From Trichoplax adhaerens (lineage: Eukaryota; Animalia; Placozoa), in assembly GCF_000150275.1 (NCBI RefSeq), contig NW_002060944.1, forward strand, positions 8,952,159 through 9,016,158: a DNA stretch of 64,000 bases, in the 5' to 3' direction. The notes under the pieces are model-generated. The model was given only the letters and a program-made list of their open reading frames with translations. It made no database searches and had not been told where the DNA came from. Of the stretch, positions 13,301 through 29,400 are shown in pieces. The number at the start of each line of letters is the position of its first letter. Positions within the stretch are counted from its first letter, which is position 1. A program made the position numbers and the translations under genes.

Positions 13301-16300
13301 GAAGAACATATCCTTAAAAATTGACTTATTACACTATGTACCAATCAAAACCTATTTCTTACCATAGCTTGCAGCTAAAAGGTGTCCCTTTTTGAATGCA
13401 TGGTTTTGACACATTAATAACAACAATAGATCTATGGGATAGTTGGTAAAGTAATATTTATACAAAGCTTTTGCGTATAATATAGTATCGATAAAAACAT
13501 AAAAAAACGAGAGCTGTGGCACTGCAGGTATAAAAATTACCTCTCAAGTAAGCTTAATTGGAGATTAAATAAGGTTTCCTCAGATTTTTTAAGCTGATTT
13601 AATAATTGAGATGGTTCTTCGCTTATATCTTTATAACTCTCTGACAGCTTTCGTTTTTCCTAATCATTGAATAAAAATAGTATATTCGATCACTTTATCT
13701 ATTTACAACCAATTTGGGCAGGCAGTGGCTATAATTACAGAAAAATGTGATATCTGCAGTAAATGCATATCAATTCAACTTACATCCCGAATAAAAATGC
13801 CTAACTTATCTTGCAAGTGAAACAGTTGATCTATCCTATAAATCAAAATTGTTGCATTAGATGTTATACTGCGCTGTGTCACTTTAATTATTTACAATAT
13901 ATTGTAATAAGATATAATCTAGCGAGAGATTTTAAATGAAAGATACATGCTTATTACTCATTTAAATTAAAAAATATTTACCGATTACTGATATAGTACA
14001 ATTTCGTTTGTAATTCTTCATCACTTGAATTTGAATTTAAACTCCTCTCGCGTCCCTCATATTTTAATTTCGCTATCATATCTAGTACAACATTTTGCGC
14101 TTTATCCAAATAATTCAAAGCGTCATCCAAATAATATCTAATAAACTATATATTTCGACAATTAATCTTTTACCGTAATTGACTCATTATTGACTTATAT
14201 TTGGACATCTATTGTTCAAGTCCAAAACCAATTTGTTATACGAGTTATTTGACAGATTTTTTATGTTATCAAATATCCAAGCAGTACCTTTTCAATATCT
14301 CGAATCTTACTTTTCCTTTTAGAAACTTCGTCTTTGTTCGATTTATTTTTGCCCTATAATCAAGAATTAATTGTACTAAATTTTTAGATTTAAATGTGAA
14401 ATACAGAAATTTACTAGCAATAATACTCAGAACAAATATTAGATGTAGGAATGAATGTTAACCTGTTGTAAATCTGCGGCTGTTTCTTGACCATATTTAG
14501 AGTATATAATATCATCGTAAGGAGGCGGATCTATGTCTGCAATAAGAAACGAATAAGGCTATTCACTTATAGATATTGTATGCTATATTTATTCATAACT
14601 ATGCGTAGGCATATTATAATATATACAATTTATTACACTACCATCTGGTGATGCGATATCATCTTCTGTTAATAATGAAACACTTAGTGTGCGCCATTGC
14701 AATTCCATAGATAGTATGTACATAATAAGCATCGATAGAGCAAAATGACTGCATAAACCATCAATATGAACGTGGGCAATTTGATAGTTATTTTCAGATG
14801 GAATTGCTACGTCTTTATAAGCAGTTATTGGAAACTGAAATAGATTAAGCTCAGATTTAGATCGATTTATCAAAATGGCATAGTTTGGAGTTTTATAATT
14901 TTTATGTAGTTCGTTCTATAATAGTAAGATTATCGCTGGATGTAGTATTTTCTACCACTAATCTTACAGATATAAATTATGCACATGTAAACAAAATTAA
15001 AATCAAATGCACACGTGATTTAATGAAAATAAGGTTTTATTACATGTAGATTCCAAGTTTACTACAGGGTTTAAAATTTAGATATATTGCAATCTTTATG
15101 TACCGTGGCCGTGATATTCAACGTTAACTTAAGCATAGAGTTAGGACTTACCATCGACGAGGAATTACTGAATAAGTTTGCTAATGGCTTTAAATATTCA
15201 ATAGCACATACAGAACATGTTACCTTACAATGGGTAAAGAAGGGATAAATTAAAATTTTTACCGAATGTAGAATTATTTTACCATTTTTAAAAGCAAAAT
15301 CTTGATATATTTTACATTATGCTGGTACCTAAGTAGTTATATAACGACATTTAGTAGTACTATACTATGGATGGCGTGGATAGAAGTTATGAAAATAGTG
15401 CTGAATGTTTTTGGAATTATAAGAGCGAAACATTATAATCAATTTATGCACTGCATTAAAATACTCGAATTAAAAGTCTCAATAGTTTCTATTTGTTACA
15501 ATATAAACTTTAACTAGGAAAATGATTAATGTGCGTACTTCAATTCATATTTTCTGCGACTAATTGAAACTATAATTCAGTAGTACATCAATATCCCATA
15601 TAACTGAGACTAGCCTAGAATTGCTAATTAAATCTGCCTTACCCTGAAGCGGTTAATCATTTCAGTAATATATTGGTTATGTACAATTACATTAGGACAT
15701 TGCTTTTCTTTTAGCTAAATGAAGATAAATAAAGGACAAGAAAGTCAGTCTAATATAAAATAAATTCAATGAACAATTATACTTTAAGACGCAAAACTTA
15801 TCTTATTACTTCAAGTTGTTGATCAGATAACCTTATATCAGCTATCATCATCACTCAACTTATTATGCGTTCATATTGAATTTACAACAATTTTTTGCTG
15901 ATGTTAAGTTTCAAAACATATTTATTAAAACTAAGTCATTAAATCATCCTATAAAAATGCCAGTGATCCAATGATTTTGATAATGTCGGTCAGTTTGAGC
16001 TGCCATCTCGACTAATATCATTAATAATATTGCATCACTTCTTAAGTAACGATAACATACAGTAGTATTGTTTATAGAAAATAGAAAAGCTTGATTTTCT
16101 TTCAATTCAATTATTTATATAATATTTATAGGATAGCATGGCAACGGTAAATAAGGACCGTATTATTGAAAAGTTACTTTAATTTCACACTGCTAAGCTG
16201 GAACTATATCTAATCACTGATTTATTATCACAATATGATAATTAATTTCAGCTAGAAATTACGTTCCTGATTCGATATTTAATTTAATTCTCTTCAGGAT

Positions 16301-17270
16301 TTTACGTACGTATAACGATAAATATTGATCATTTCTTTATATATATGACTGTAGCTATCATAGTCTAAGCTTTGAGTTATAGTGACAATTTACTGCTATC
16401 AGTCGATGAACGTAAACAATGAATAGAAGATTTTCAGGGATTTTTCATTATTACGATCACATGCTTTACTGATTACGTTGTTTATGGTAATATGTATAAT
16501 TACTGGATGGGAAGCGTAATTATCACAATCAATACTTGACGCCATGGTTATATTTTCCCGCTATTACATTGTATTTGTTTATGATTTCAAAGATGATTTA
16601 AGTTTTCGTAGTCTTAAAATAATGGTGCTTTGTATTAAGATAAAGAAATAATAATATCTGCATCCAATCTTCGTAAAATAATACTAAAATCAACGAAATA
16701 CTATAAAGCGGAGGGAAGCAGAGCATTATTGCTTTAAAGTATCTATGAATCATTTATTTACGTCAAACAGATTGTTTACAAAACTATTATGTTCGAAGTG
16801 ATAAATTACTACTATCTGTAGAAAGATAAATATAATATTGGATGTCAAGGAATTTTCGAGTTTCATACACGTCTCTGTAATGAATAAACGTTAATTTCAT
16901 AAATTAACTTACGAGATTAAATTGATTGTGGATTAAATGAAATGCTATATCGCAGAAAAAAGCTTTATTATCTCCAATTTTAGTTTCTTGGGATGCATCA
17001 GAAAATTCATCTTCATATCTAATATACAACGGATAAAATAGACAAAAAATAATTAAGGTGTCTTTATCTAACATGGACATTCACAGAATGCAAAATATGC
17101 ATGAATTAGAATAGCCAAACAAGTACGTATTTGTCCATATTCTCTATTAATTTGGATAAGCGAGGTTAATTTAACTCGAAGCCAATTCAGGAAGAATTAA
17201 CAAAAGTTACGTTGTGCTTCCCGTTATTGTAATTTTAGCTAAATTTTCATTCATTCATCTACATTGCTCT

Positions 17271-17400
17271 TAGTTAAAGCTATAAATTGAACAGATAGAA
17301 CCGATAGAACGTATCACGCCTAAAATTATACTAAGTTGAAGCTATAAATTGAACGAACAGAACTGATAGTAGCTTATATATCCAAACTTGATCTAAGTGA
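17271..17400. repeat. Short ~62-bp diverged tandem duplication
   Basis: AAGCTATAAATTGAAC....AGAAC.GATAG occurs at ~17277 and ~17339. Confidence 0.75.
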
Positions 17401-20400
17401 GAGATATCAAAGGAATGATTTAAGTTACTTTTTTGGGTTATTCCGACGTTAAATCCATATAATTACGTTTAATAGCAATAATGTCAATAGTAATCAAAAC
17501 AATAATAGTTATTAAATAACAAAAGAATTCTATAAAATCAATTTTAGGCTTATTCAAGCTTTCTCGTGGAAAACCTTTATTTAAATAAGTACTTTACAAT
17601 AAAAGATGATCGTTGTATTAACTAAATTTGCTTATTTCAAAAATTACTACGAGCCACTTATGAGAACTCCAGTGTAACAAGTAGCACCATGGAAGATAAT
17701 ATGTGGATAGGACATATTCTAATTATGGCATCAACACTAATCTTACTGTATTTTCTATTAAATGGGTAGAACTTGAATGTTGTAAAACGATTGAATAGAG
17801 CAATTGAAGCTGAAGTATCGATAGATGAAACTAAGGTACTTGCAACCTTGGGGTAGTGCACTACAACAGTAAACTCGCTTAATCAAATTCGTTAATTCCG
17901 AATTCAAGAGCAAAAATCAGACATACGAGTCCTTTAGGCATAATATAGTTCCTGTTGATTGCTACTTTATAATATGCGATTTTACAATTAAACTGAAAAT
18001 GATGAATCATAAAGCTAAATCGATTCTGCCAGACAGAACAACGCCATTAAGTTAATGCTTACAGTAACTATTCTTAGTTTTATCATTTTTCCCATTGGTA
18101 TGACTATAATTATAAGATAGTTGTCTACCTTATTCAAACTGTAATAATAGAAGTAAAGACTTTTAGTGTTTGATATCGGACACAGCTAATTACTTAACCC
18201 AAGTATTTAGTAATCCTTTAATAGCTCTTACTAAATGATGTTAGGATTGTTCACCAACTTAATAACATCATTTAATTAGAGCAACAATGATGTCATATCA
18301 TGGTCCATTAAGATATTACAGTATCTATGTGGGAAACTTTTAAGAGGAAACAGATGTTTAAATTCTGTCTATGATGCGGAAGTAAGCGTGCCCAAGTTTT
18401 AAACTTTTTCATCGCAAAATTATAATAAAATATGCTTTTGATAAATGTATGGCCTATACATGTTGTCGATTTTGAAGGAATAATATTTCCATTAAATGAA
18501 CTCAACGAATATAAAATTACTCTAAAAGTTAACGTTTGATACCCCTGAAATAGCTAACACTAAAGGGTTACTTTACGTGCATAATAGAATTGAAAGAATG
18601 GATCCTTTAATTGTATTATTTGAGATAAGTAACAGTTCTTTTACTTCTATATTCAATCTTCCCGCCATAACAGTCAAGAATGTTTAATTTTCGGAGAAAA
18701 AAATTAAGATGCTTTCGTGGACACAACAATTCTAAACTTCGTAGTTCTTTATTTGTTAAACTATAATCGATTAACCGGGCATTATTTAGACTGTACTTTA
18801 ACAGTGAAATAAAAATTGAATCCCCTTTTTTGTTCTCAAATTGGAAATTACAGTAAACGATAATTTTTCAGACTGTAAGTAAACTAAGATACAGTAATGC
18901 CCGGAAGAAAATCACCAAAATAGTTTAATTCCGGATAATCAGAGTAAGGTTTTACGGATGAAAAATTACAGCTACAGGCACTACTAAATGGCAATATTAT
19001 CGTGATCTAGTGGTTTAAGCAGCCTATAACATGTCCATACCGATATCTTTTAATGATTAGGCGATAAATTTAAGAGTTACTTACTTGTAGCTGAAGGATT
19101 TATCCCACTTTAATATTTGGTCTGAACAAGGCAAGGTTAACATTTCATTATCTTGAAAAATTTGATTGAAAAAGGGCCTTATATTACATAACACATGGTA
19201 GAGTTGGGGGAAATGGTCGATCCAGCTGGCCATGTTGAAATCGAATGAAATTGTGCTGTAGCTCACCATGTAGAAATAATTCTATATAACTACGACAATA
19301 GTTAAGAAATAAATTAATGGGTGAGAATCCAATATAAGGTGGTTCTATCTTGTCCTAGCAGCCAATTTCACGTTCAAGAATTCGATGAACAGAATAATAC
19401 TGATATATTCACTACTTTTGGATAGTATCCTATTCCTAATCCAGATATAAAATACTAGCCAATGATAAATTTTTGAATAAGAAACTACTGTGAGCAGGAA
19501 AGTAAATTATGATCAAAACGACTGGAATCAACTAGCAAATAAATTGTTACCGTTATCTACATCGACAATTAATGGTAATCTGATAATCTTTGATGCTCGC
19601 AGCTTATTATATACCCTTATATAGTGCTTTCAGAGTAAACTATATCATTCCATTGTAATATAATATAATATACTAAATAGGAGTAATCGATTGTTTTTTT
19701 CTCCAAAATGAAAGAATACACTCATTGTTGAGGATAAAAATTATTTCATAGTAAATTAGAACTTGTCGCAGCTATGGTTTATGTTGTAGTTCCGTATACT
19801 GGTTGCTTAGTGTTCTAATCGTCTTTACTCTATTTCAATTAAAATGAAGCTCGAAGTGAAATTTCTCTTTCAAGAAGTTATTTGAAGACGCAAGCTGAAA
19901 TATATTTTAATAAAATATTGCGAAATGTGCGGTATTTAATAATAATAGAGATAGTACAGAAATTGGATTTGCACTTAAATAAATTGTTTCTTTCCCTAAA
20001 AATCACTTTGATACATATTTTCCCCAGCAACTATTTACTTCCTATAAATAGTCTCATTAATTGTTTCATCGATAAAAATCAGGCAACGAAGAAAGAACAT
20101 TGAAATATTGACATCTCTGATTCATTCTTATGAAATTTTACTAGAAGTGCTTTAAAAATAAATCAAGATTTAAGAAATTGGGCTTACACACTATCCGAGT
20201 TTTGCGGAAGTTGGTCTGGAGTATCCTAATGCTAATAAAAACTATCTACTTACTATACTTTGCGTATTTTACGTAATATTGATGCTTCAATTTAATTAGA
20301 ATACATCTACTCCAATGCAAGTAGTAACAGGAATAAATCAGGATAATTGTAGCGGTCAATTTTATTATGTATAAGACAATAATATAGCCTAACAGAGTAT

Positions 20401-23400
20401 AGGAATTCTAGGTTACGTAGGCTAGAAAATAATGTATTTACTTCTAGATATTCGAAATTAACCTGCTTTGATTTGATTCTGTGAATACTCGATCACGGTA
20501 CTAATCTCAATCATTACTCCATATTGATACAACTTTTTTCCAATATTATTTTGCCTTAAGGAATTGATTTTATGTAAAGATTTTTTTGGGGGGAAAGAAA
20601 AAATTAAAACACTTGAGGGACAGAAAAAATTACAATACTCGAAAGAGGCTTTTAGCCAAAATTAGCATATGTGACTTTTACTTCCTATTTTAGATTTGAA
20701 ATTTATTTTAGATAAAGAAAGTAATGATCATCGTTAGGATATTTTTTAAATCGCAAATTCTATAAAATATTGAAAGAACCGCTATAATTGTCAATCTAAA
20801 TTTTTATCCAATTTTATTTTAAGACTCAAAATTTGACTAGGTAAACTTAACTTCATTTCTTATGATTTCACCTTCAGCTTTACTAATTACTTCTATGCAT
20901 AGAAACTGTTTTAATAGCGTACTTAGGTCTGATATATGATATTTTACTTTGGCTAGTACAGTAGTATAGAAAGAGATATCAGCTTTTTCTACAATTTAAC
21001 CCTATATATTCGTATTTAACTTAATTAAATGTTGAAATTGCTTCAGTACTCTATTCTAGATTTGTTAAATACAAGAAGTAGTAAATAAGTAAAGATAACT
21101 TTTTTATTTCTACAAAAGCATAAATTTGTTTTAGGGCAAAGATTGAGGAATATTGTTAAGTTTTCTTGGTATATATTTTACTCTGCAATGGTGAAAGAGT
21201 AAGGTTGTATAATGTTATTTATAACAGTAATTCTGTAGACAAAACAACTGGCTAAAGAAGATACATCGTATAATAAGTGATTTTAAAGAGAGTAACTCCT
21301 AGTATTTCCATTTTTTTAGGTGATAAACCTGCTTTAACAGTCTGGATAAAGGGCCTATTCTTGATCCATTTATCGACGTTAATGGAAGATATCTCCGTAA
21401 TATAAAAAAGGCACAGATAGAAACTAAAATAATACAATTATCGATGAATAAAATTAAATTTTATGAGATAATTTAAACGCTGTACTATACAATCTTATCT
21501 AGGCGTAATCGAATAATCAACTATTAATCTAACAGGTAGATAATATGTATGAATATAAAAGATAATGGAAATAATCATATATCTTAGAATTATATTACAA
21601 TCTCTGGTAAAATATAAAGGGTAAAGCCAGTTAATGAGCTAAAGTAAATTCAAGTGAGCATTCAGCCTTTTACAATAATGATGTCTATCATGTATTTTTT
21701 CACTTGAATGATCGCAATTTAAATTCTGTTCCAAAAAAATAAACAATAGACGCTATAGGTTTAAGCTTGTCAAATTTATTCCAACAGAACTAAATAAGAA
21801 GAAATAACAAATCATCTACGACTTTCTATCGCAGACTTTTAACTATATAATTTTTTTAAACTGCTTGTGATTTTATTTATCTTTATTCTATTTTTAATAT
21901 ACTTAGTGTAAATCAATTTTTCAAAGGTTAGCTACACAACTCTAACATCTCACTTACAAAGTATCAAAAAATAAATTAGGATGCTGATCATCATTAAATG
22001 CAGTCAGTACTGTACAAATTATAAAATTTAGATGATAACACGATGATAAAGAAATACATGTAGAGGGATTTCAATTTAGGAAAATAGATAGTGCTAATTT
22101 GTGGGCACAAAAAACGTATGTATTTTCTACAGCTTTGAATAATTGCAGTATCGGTACTATTCTGCTTATCCACTCGAATGATGAAATATTCAGACTACAT
22201 CTGCCTAACTTTCCAAGCTTCTTTTAGTAAAAATGTAGTAAATTGAACTTATCTTTATAAGACTAATTTCGGCAGTAGGCTATTCCAGGAAACGGAAATA
22301 ATTTAAAATATTGAATATAAATTTCAACAACTCTAAAATGGAAAGGAAAAAATACTATACTGGTGCATAATACAATCAAATAATCTAAAATAGTAAGCAA
22401 TTTGATAGTTGATAAAAAGAATTATGTCTATCGTGCAGCATTAAAACAAATAAATTTAGTTTTTAGTCTATTGTTCAATTAATAATTTACTAAATTATTT
22501 AATGATTTTTAACAGGTTTTTATTATTAAATCATTTACTACCCGGTAATCAAGCAAGATCAACTAGATATCAATTCTACTTGGATAAAATCAGGAATTAA
22601 GAATTCATCACGCTAATACAAACGAAAGAATTAATAGGAAGTGCAGAATAGTAGTATTCACTCTTGTTTGAAGATTTGCTATTTCCCTGTAAAAGAGAAA
22701 ATGCTTGCACTAGGAACTACATGTGTGGTAGTGTTTCCATATGCATAAATTACTCACTATGTGTGGCAGTTATCACATTCCCCAAAAAGCATTAAACAAA
22801 CATTGACCTATATATAAACCTCCAGGTTTCTAACCCTAACAATTTTCACTTTAAGGCTTTATTTATGATGCCTACCTTCCCTGAAGAGCAACGAAAGCGA
22901 AATTTTAAATCATAGAAACTGCCAATATAATTTTATATGCTATATAAGGAAACTATGTACTTTAGAGTTATACAAGAGTAAGAATGTACCTTATTTTACT
23001 AGGAATAGATCTAAAGCAATTAACTAATATTTACTATCGCCAGATGTATCTGCATGTAGTATCGAATAATAGAGCAACTTTATGTTTTCACTATTTTAAA
23101 ACTTGAATGAATAGTTTACTAACCGAATCTTTCTCACAAAGATATCTATTTTAAATATCTATAAAAATGAAATGCTCAAGGCAGCTAAGTGTATGAATAG
23201 ACGTCATATTACAATAATCCTTACAACGATGGACTTACTTTATGTTATGAACGTTTTGATTTCACTATTATTTCTATTTTAGTATTAGTTGCACAATGGT
23301 ATAGCCAATGTACTCCCGCAAAAGCAATCTTTTAGCCCAAATAAGCATTTTCTCAATTATATAAATCCAATGGCATTAAAATGGAAAAGGTGATATGAAA

Positions 23401-26400
23401 ACATTCATTTAAACAATTACGCAATTTATACGGTCTAATTTTTTCTATTACTTGATATTGTCTAATTATTGGACTTAATTTTTGAATCCTTCTTTGACTT
23501 ATTAAGACAATGGCTAAAGCAATTTCGATGACTAAGAATAGCAAGCAGTCACCTATCGAGTTTTACTTATAAAAGAGAATCGGTAACATCTTATTCCATT
23601 ATAATCATGCCTAATATTATCTCTTAACCACTATCCATATCATAACTATAGGCTAAAGTAGTTCGTATCAGATTGATTATAGATTTAAATAACTTTGAAA
23701 CTAAACATTCCTACTAAGTTAGAATGAATAACGAGTAATGATTATCTTAAATGTAATTACTGATGGCTCAAGAAGGATTCTTACCGAGTACTGTCATACA
23801 ATAAGATCTGTAATTAATATATTATAAAAATTCAAACACACAACCGAGACATTAGCAATAAGTTCTTAACCTTTCTTTTTGTATATATAGAATATCGAAT
23901 AATCTGCACTTGCTATACGTTGCGATTAATGTATTTAGGTTTTAAATATCATTTTTATTTTAAGCTGTCAATAACTTGAAAGATATGGCTGCTATGAAGC
24001 TGTTCACTATCTCTTAATGTTCGAGTTGCAATGCTAATATAATTACGGGTGCATAGGTATCAACATAAAGTATCAAAATTTTCTTATCGGTGATAAATAA
24101 TATCTAAAACATTTTAGGTCACTAATTTGATAAGGCTAGGAGTAGATGAAATCTAAACCGTCAATCACATAACAATTGAAGGTAACAGATAACATCGCCT
24201 ACGGGCTACGGTACTGAGAGCTATTTTATATATAACAGTATTATGGAATATCACGGGACAAGATGGCATTTATAAACAGTTATTTAAACGATAGCACCGC
24301 TATATGATTTCGATATTAAATCTATACAAAATAAAATAGAATCATGTAAGAATATCAAATTTATAGTAAATTATAATGCCTAGCCATTAACTTCATTTTA
24401 CGAGTATAGTATCAAGATTATTTAAGTAAAAGGAACGAAAATAACGAACGAAATCTCCTCTTCTGTCATTATTCAATAGCAAGACTGAGTTGTTTTTTTC
24501 TCCGATGATATTACTAAAGTCATTAGCGACCACTACGACTAAAGTGTTAGCACAGTACTTTCTATCTAACTAACTTTACTGCACACTTGAAAGATAAAGC
24601 GACGATCTTCTACGTAGACTAATAAAAATAATTATTTTTTATGAAGTACCGCTATTTAAGACCTTCTATAATAGCCATGGCCTGATGCAGGCTATCCGTA
24701 CGGTGGCCTATCATAACCTTGTGTCTTAAATTCATTAACGATCCTAGCTAATTATAGCTATCTGAAAAATGATTTTAATATCGATGGCATTTATTACCGA
24801 TGGGCAGATACACTATTTTTACCAAGCAGGAATGACTGTTTTCGTATACGACTTTATTACTAGTATATTTATAAACTCGATAATGCTTTTAAAAGTAGAA
24901 TGACCTTTTTTTACAGTTGTATATTCAGTTAAGACAGTAATCCATAATGCTACCTTCGCCCGCTTTATCCTAAACGAACCTAATGCGGTAGAATACTATT
25001 TTTTTTCCAGTCTATCAATTTTCTCCAGAAAAGTTGAGTGAATAGCGCGTGCTTTAGGCTATTTATTTACCATTCATTCACCGTAAGTTTATTGTAATAT
25101 TAAGATTACGACATTATCAATTAATTAATCAATGATCACATAAAACAATATCAAAGGTTTCTACCTATTAAGCCTGTTCTAAACAAAACCTGTTGAGTAC
25201 CAGTGCTGTGCTTCTCAGCATATTGTTTATTCCTTGAGTATATCGCTTGGCGGATACAAAAACAGATAAAATGAAATCAATTTATAGTTACTTTCAAGCA
25301 ATTGCAATAGCCAGTATATTCCATTATATTATGTATATATGAAAGGTGAATATCGTATACGTGTAAGGGTAAATGATTTAATCAGAATATTTAGTTTATT
25401 TACAGCAATTCTTGCTCGTAGTTGACTGTAAGCGAAATACGTATGATCCTTAACCTTGGCTAACGATATCAAAGATAATACATACGGTATATTAATAAGT
25501 AAGTTATACCTAATTCGCGTGTCATATCCTTACCCGACATGAGCAGTCAACTAAGATAATTATATACAAATCTCTTGTATATTACCTAGACTTGGATATG
25601 ATGTAGAGGATAAATGAATAAAAAGTTTAATTGGCTACCAGGAAAAGATATGATACTTTCAATATTATTGTAATACTGTACGTCTATGTCTTCGTTTCTG
25701 TATATCTTTAACAAATAGATTTAGCTTGGACAATACTACTCACGCTGACAAATAGTGCAGCCAAAGCGGCTTGGGCAAACTCTTACGGATACCTCATGTG
25801 TGTTTACCCTGCCTGGCTACATTACTGACAGTCCATTACTGTAGATATACATTCAATACACAGCATTCAATTCTTATTTTCTCCTTCAACAAGATAATCA
25901 GTAGTAAATAGCTCAAAACAAGTATCTTGGTAACTGATGCTGTTTATTAAAATTGCACTACTACCGGGTCTATTTGGATTCTTATTATGATTCCTTTTCA
26001 ACTGATGAGTGCTATATGGGGCATGTTGGATTGCTTTGCTATTTCATCACACATTTCAATTATCAATTAACCCTTTAGGCTTTCAATTCGCTTTCCTCGA
26101 TTGGCTTTGACTATCTACAAGGCAAATTATTTCCTACACTATGGCAATAATGGGGTATACCTTTTGCCCTAGGGTTAATCTCCTGAATAGTTGACTGTAT
26201 GATATTGTCATAGCGGTCCATAATAAAGTCAATCATCGTTGAAATACATCCTATACACGTGATATTAATCAGTATAGTTTAATGCTCATGATAGTCGACA
26301 CTATCAGCCTAGTTTAATTCATAATTTGATATTGGTTGCTTTGGTCGACGCTGAGCTTGCCCACAATACAGTACGCAAACGCTCGCATTATTCTATAGTA

Positions 26401-26470
26401 GAGTATAAGAGCTTTTGCAAGACCTCAATCTTCATCAGATCTCGTCTTGTTGTTGCAAGAAAGCAGGAAC

Positions 26471-29400
26471 ATGGAGTCGAATATTTTCCAAGCAGCAGAA
26501 GAATTGATCCATTTCGTTAATCGTGGGCCTTCCCCATTTCACGGTAATTCTATCGACAGAAGATGACCAAAAATAGACGCTTAGCAAGAGGCAATTGAAA
26601 CTCTTTTGACGCACTCACTATAACTTACGGAGTCTTTGTTCGGTCTAATTTTGTTGTTGTTGTGAATGTTGTCGTAAGTGAGAAAATGGCAATAGTTTTC
26701 TTGTTAGTTGATTCAAGACGTGAAAAAGTAATCTATGAAAAGTCCATTTCAATAGTGTGAGGTTAATATGATGTTATAGGCTCATGTATGCCTTCCATTT
26801 CTAATGAGAGACGACTATTACTCTTGTACAATCTTCGCTATGACGTTTCTGCAAACGAGTTTGCCTTCTTGTTTTCGTTACTATGGTACTCAATGTGAGC
26901 CAATCTGGCTTTCCTGAGATAAATAGGTGTTTCAATCCCTAAGCAAACTGTAGTCAGAGAATAATTCATGGATAGTCAATGAGATGTTAGTTAAAATGAA
27001 ATACGAGCGATCACTGTTATACTTACTCGAACATGCTTAATCAATCAGCCCGAATTATTTTCTAATTATCTTGCAGTGGTTGAAGAAGTCAAGCGACGCC
27101 TTGGGCCTGCTGGCTTTCGACAACTGGATGAGCGACAACCATGGTCGATAGTGCCCAATGGACTGTACTTTACGCAGAAAAATCGATCGACCATTATTGC
27201 ATTTGCTGTTGGTGGCAAATACAAGCCTGGTAATGGCTTTAGTATAGTTGGAGCGCATACCGATAGCCCATGCTTAAAGGTCTGTAAACTTAATCTCCTA
27301 CTATATCAAGTCGATTAATATATCCAACACCTTCATCATATTGTCAATAACGGATACATTGTAACCGTCTAGTATTCAAGTCAACAACATTAAAGCAGAG
27401 GCATGGAAATGACAGTGGTGTAGCCATGTTATAATGACTAGCTGCTGCTACAAGTTATAAGCCACCTATTTTATTATTATAATAATAGTCCTTCATCGTA
27501 GTCATGATGACACAACTACTAACTCTTCATTTAGTAATCAGGAAGAATACCCATCATATGACGTAACACTGCTTAATATGTTTATAATGTTACCCCTAAG
27601 CCAAGGTTCCCCTTCGTTATTTATAATCCATTTCTGTTCCTTTCAGGTTAAGCCAATCTCCAAAAAAATTAAAAGGGATTACTTATGTGTCGGAGTTCAA
27701 TGCTATGGCGGCGGTATTTGGAATACGTGGTTTGATCGTGATTTAACTGTCGCTGGCAGAGTTTTAACAAAGGTAAGTAAAATTCTCTGTTAATGTTCGT
27801 GTATGGTAGGCAATCATGGAATTGAGGTTAGGTTTCATGTTGGTCGTTTATCATGGTTAAAGTGGCTATGATAGTCACATTACCTTTTCATAGTATTAGC
27901 AAATGGTTTCCATTTCATGCACTTGTTCTTGGTAGTTGTGTATGACCACTGGTCATATCATGTTCAGGCTATAATGGCGTACTTACTGTTAAATATCCGA
28001 CAGATTATCTCATCTACCACTTTTACAGTAATATCATCTTGAAGGTATCATAATTAGAATTATAAAGAAACACATGCGTTTGTAATGTTATCTCCACGAA
28101 TGGGTTGCTGTACTTCCAATATTACTGTAAACTGTAGATGCTTAATTGCGATATCTTTTGCTATCTTTAATTGTGGTGCTATAACATTCTTATGACAGGA
28201 TGAAAACGGTATTGGAGACCAGTTAATACATATCAAGCGTCCGATATTGCGAGTTCCGCATTTATGTATACATCTAGATCGTAGTAAAAATGATAATTTT
28301 GGAGCTAACAAAGAAACCGAGATGTAAGAATTATATCATGATGTGTTTCTGATAACAAATAATTTGTAACATTGTAAATGGAAAGTGATTTACGCTATCT
28401 GTTATGGGGTAAAATGAATTGAAAAATAATTACTATTGACTATACGAATCAAATACAACTGCAATCCATTAATCATTCATCAACAACTGATACTGTACAG
28501 TGTGCCTGTTCTTGCGACATGTATCCAGCAAGAATTACAAAAGTCTACTAATCATATTGGTCAGCAGGTACGTAAAAATTACGTTAGTTTGATATTGTTA
28601 ATTGGTCCATGTGCAAGCCAACCGTTAATGGCCTGTATCAATAATTAATTTATTTCAGGCATCAAAGCATCATTCAGCTCTTATAAAATTGATTTGCGAC
28701 GAGATTTCATGCAAGCCAGAACATATTTTAGATTTTGAATTATGCCTGGCTGATACGCAGCCTGCCGTAAGTCTTCTTCCTCCACTTGTAGTTTAAATGT
28801 GATTAACACGAAACAAACGCATTGTCGGCCCTCTGCACATCTAGTCATTTCAGAATATGTAAACGTTAAAATTTAACGCGCTACCTATCCCATATCGAAT
28901 TCGCTATGTTATTACTTAATTTTGAGCCAGAAAATTCCATGTTAAAGCGAATGTACGATACTTGCTAATCATCTGATTTGTGTTTAACAACTATATATAC
29001 TTTAGGCTATTGGTGGCGCTCTAAACGAATTCATTTTCTCACCTAGATTGGACAACTTGATGAATTGTTTCTGTGCTTTACAGGTTCGTCTTATGATAGC
29101 ATAAATCAGTAGATTAAATATGCCTGTAACACTTATTATAAAATTTGTCTTAAATGTACTGCATATGATAGGGACTATTAGATTCACTTCAGAATGAGAA
29201 CTCGCTGAAAGATGATCCAAATATTCGAATGATCTGCCTATATGATAACGAAGAGGTTAGCTATAGTTATTCTTAATGATATCAGACTTCGAGTGTAACG
29301 TAAGCGTACTTGCAAACATATATAGGTTGGATCGCAGAGTGCCCAAGGAGCCGGATCATCGGCTACAGAATATACTTTGCGAAGACTTTCTGCAGGTTAT

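Noticed and set aside
560-23544. Numerous 60-95 aa ORFs in the left 24 kb
   Set aside because: Composition (I/L/F/Y/K/N-rich) is that of random AT-rich DNA, many have non-ATG starts, and none shows a recognisable domain apart from the weak relic noted at ~10 kb.
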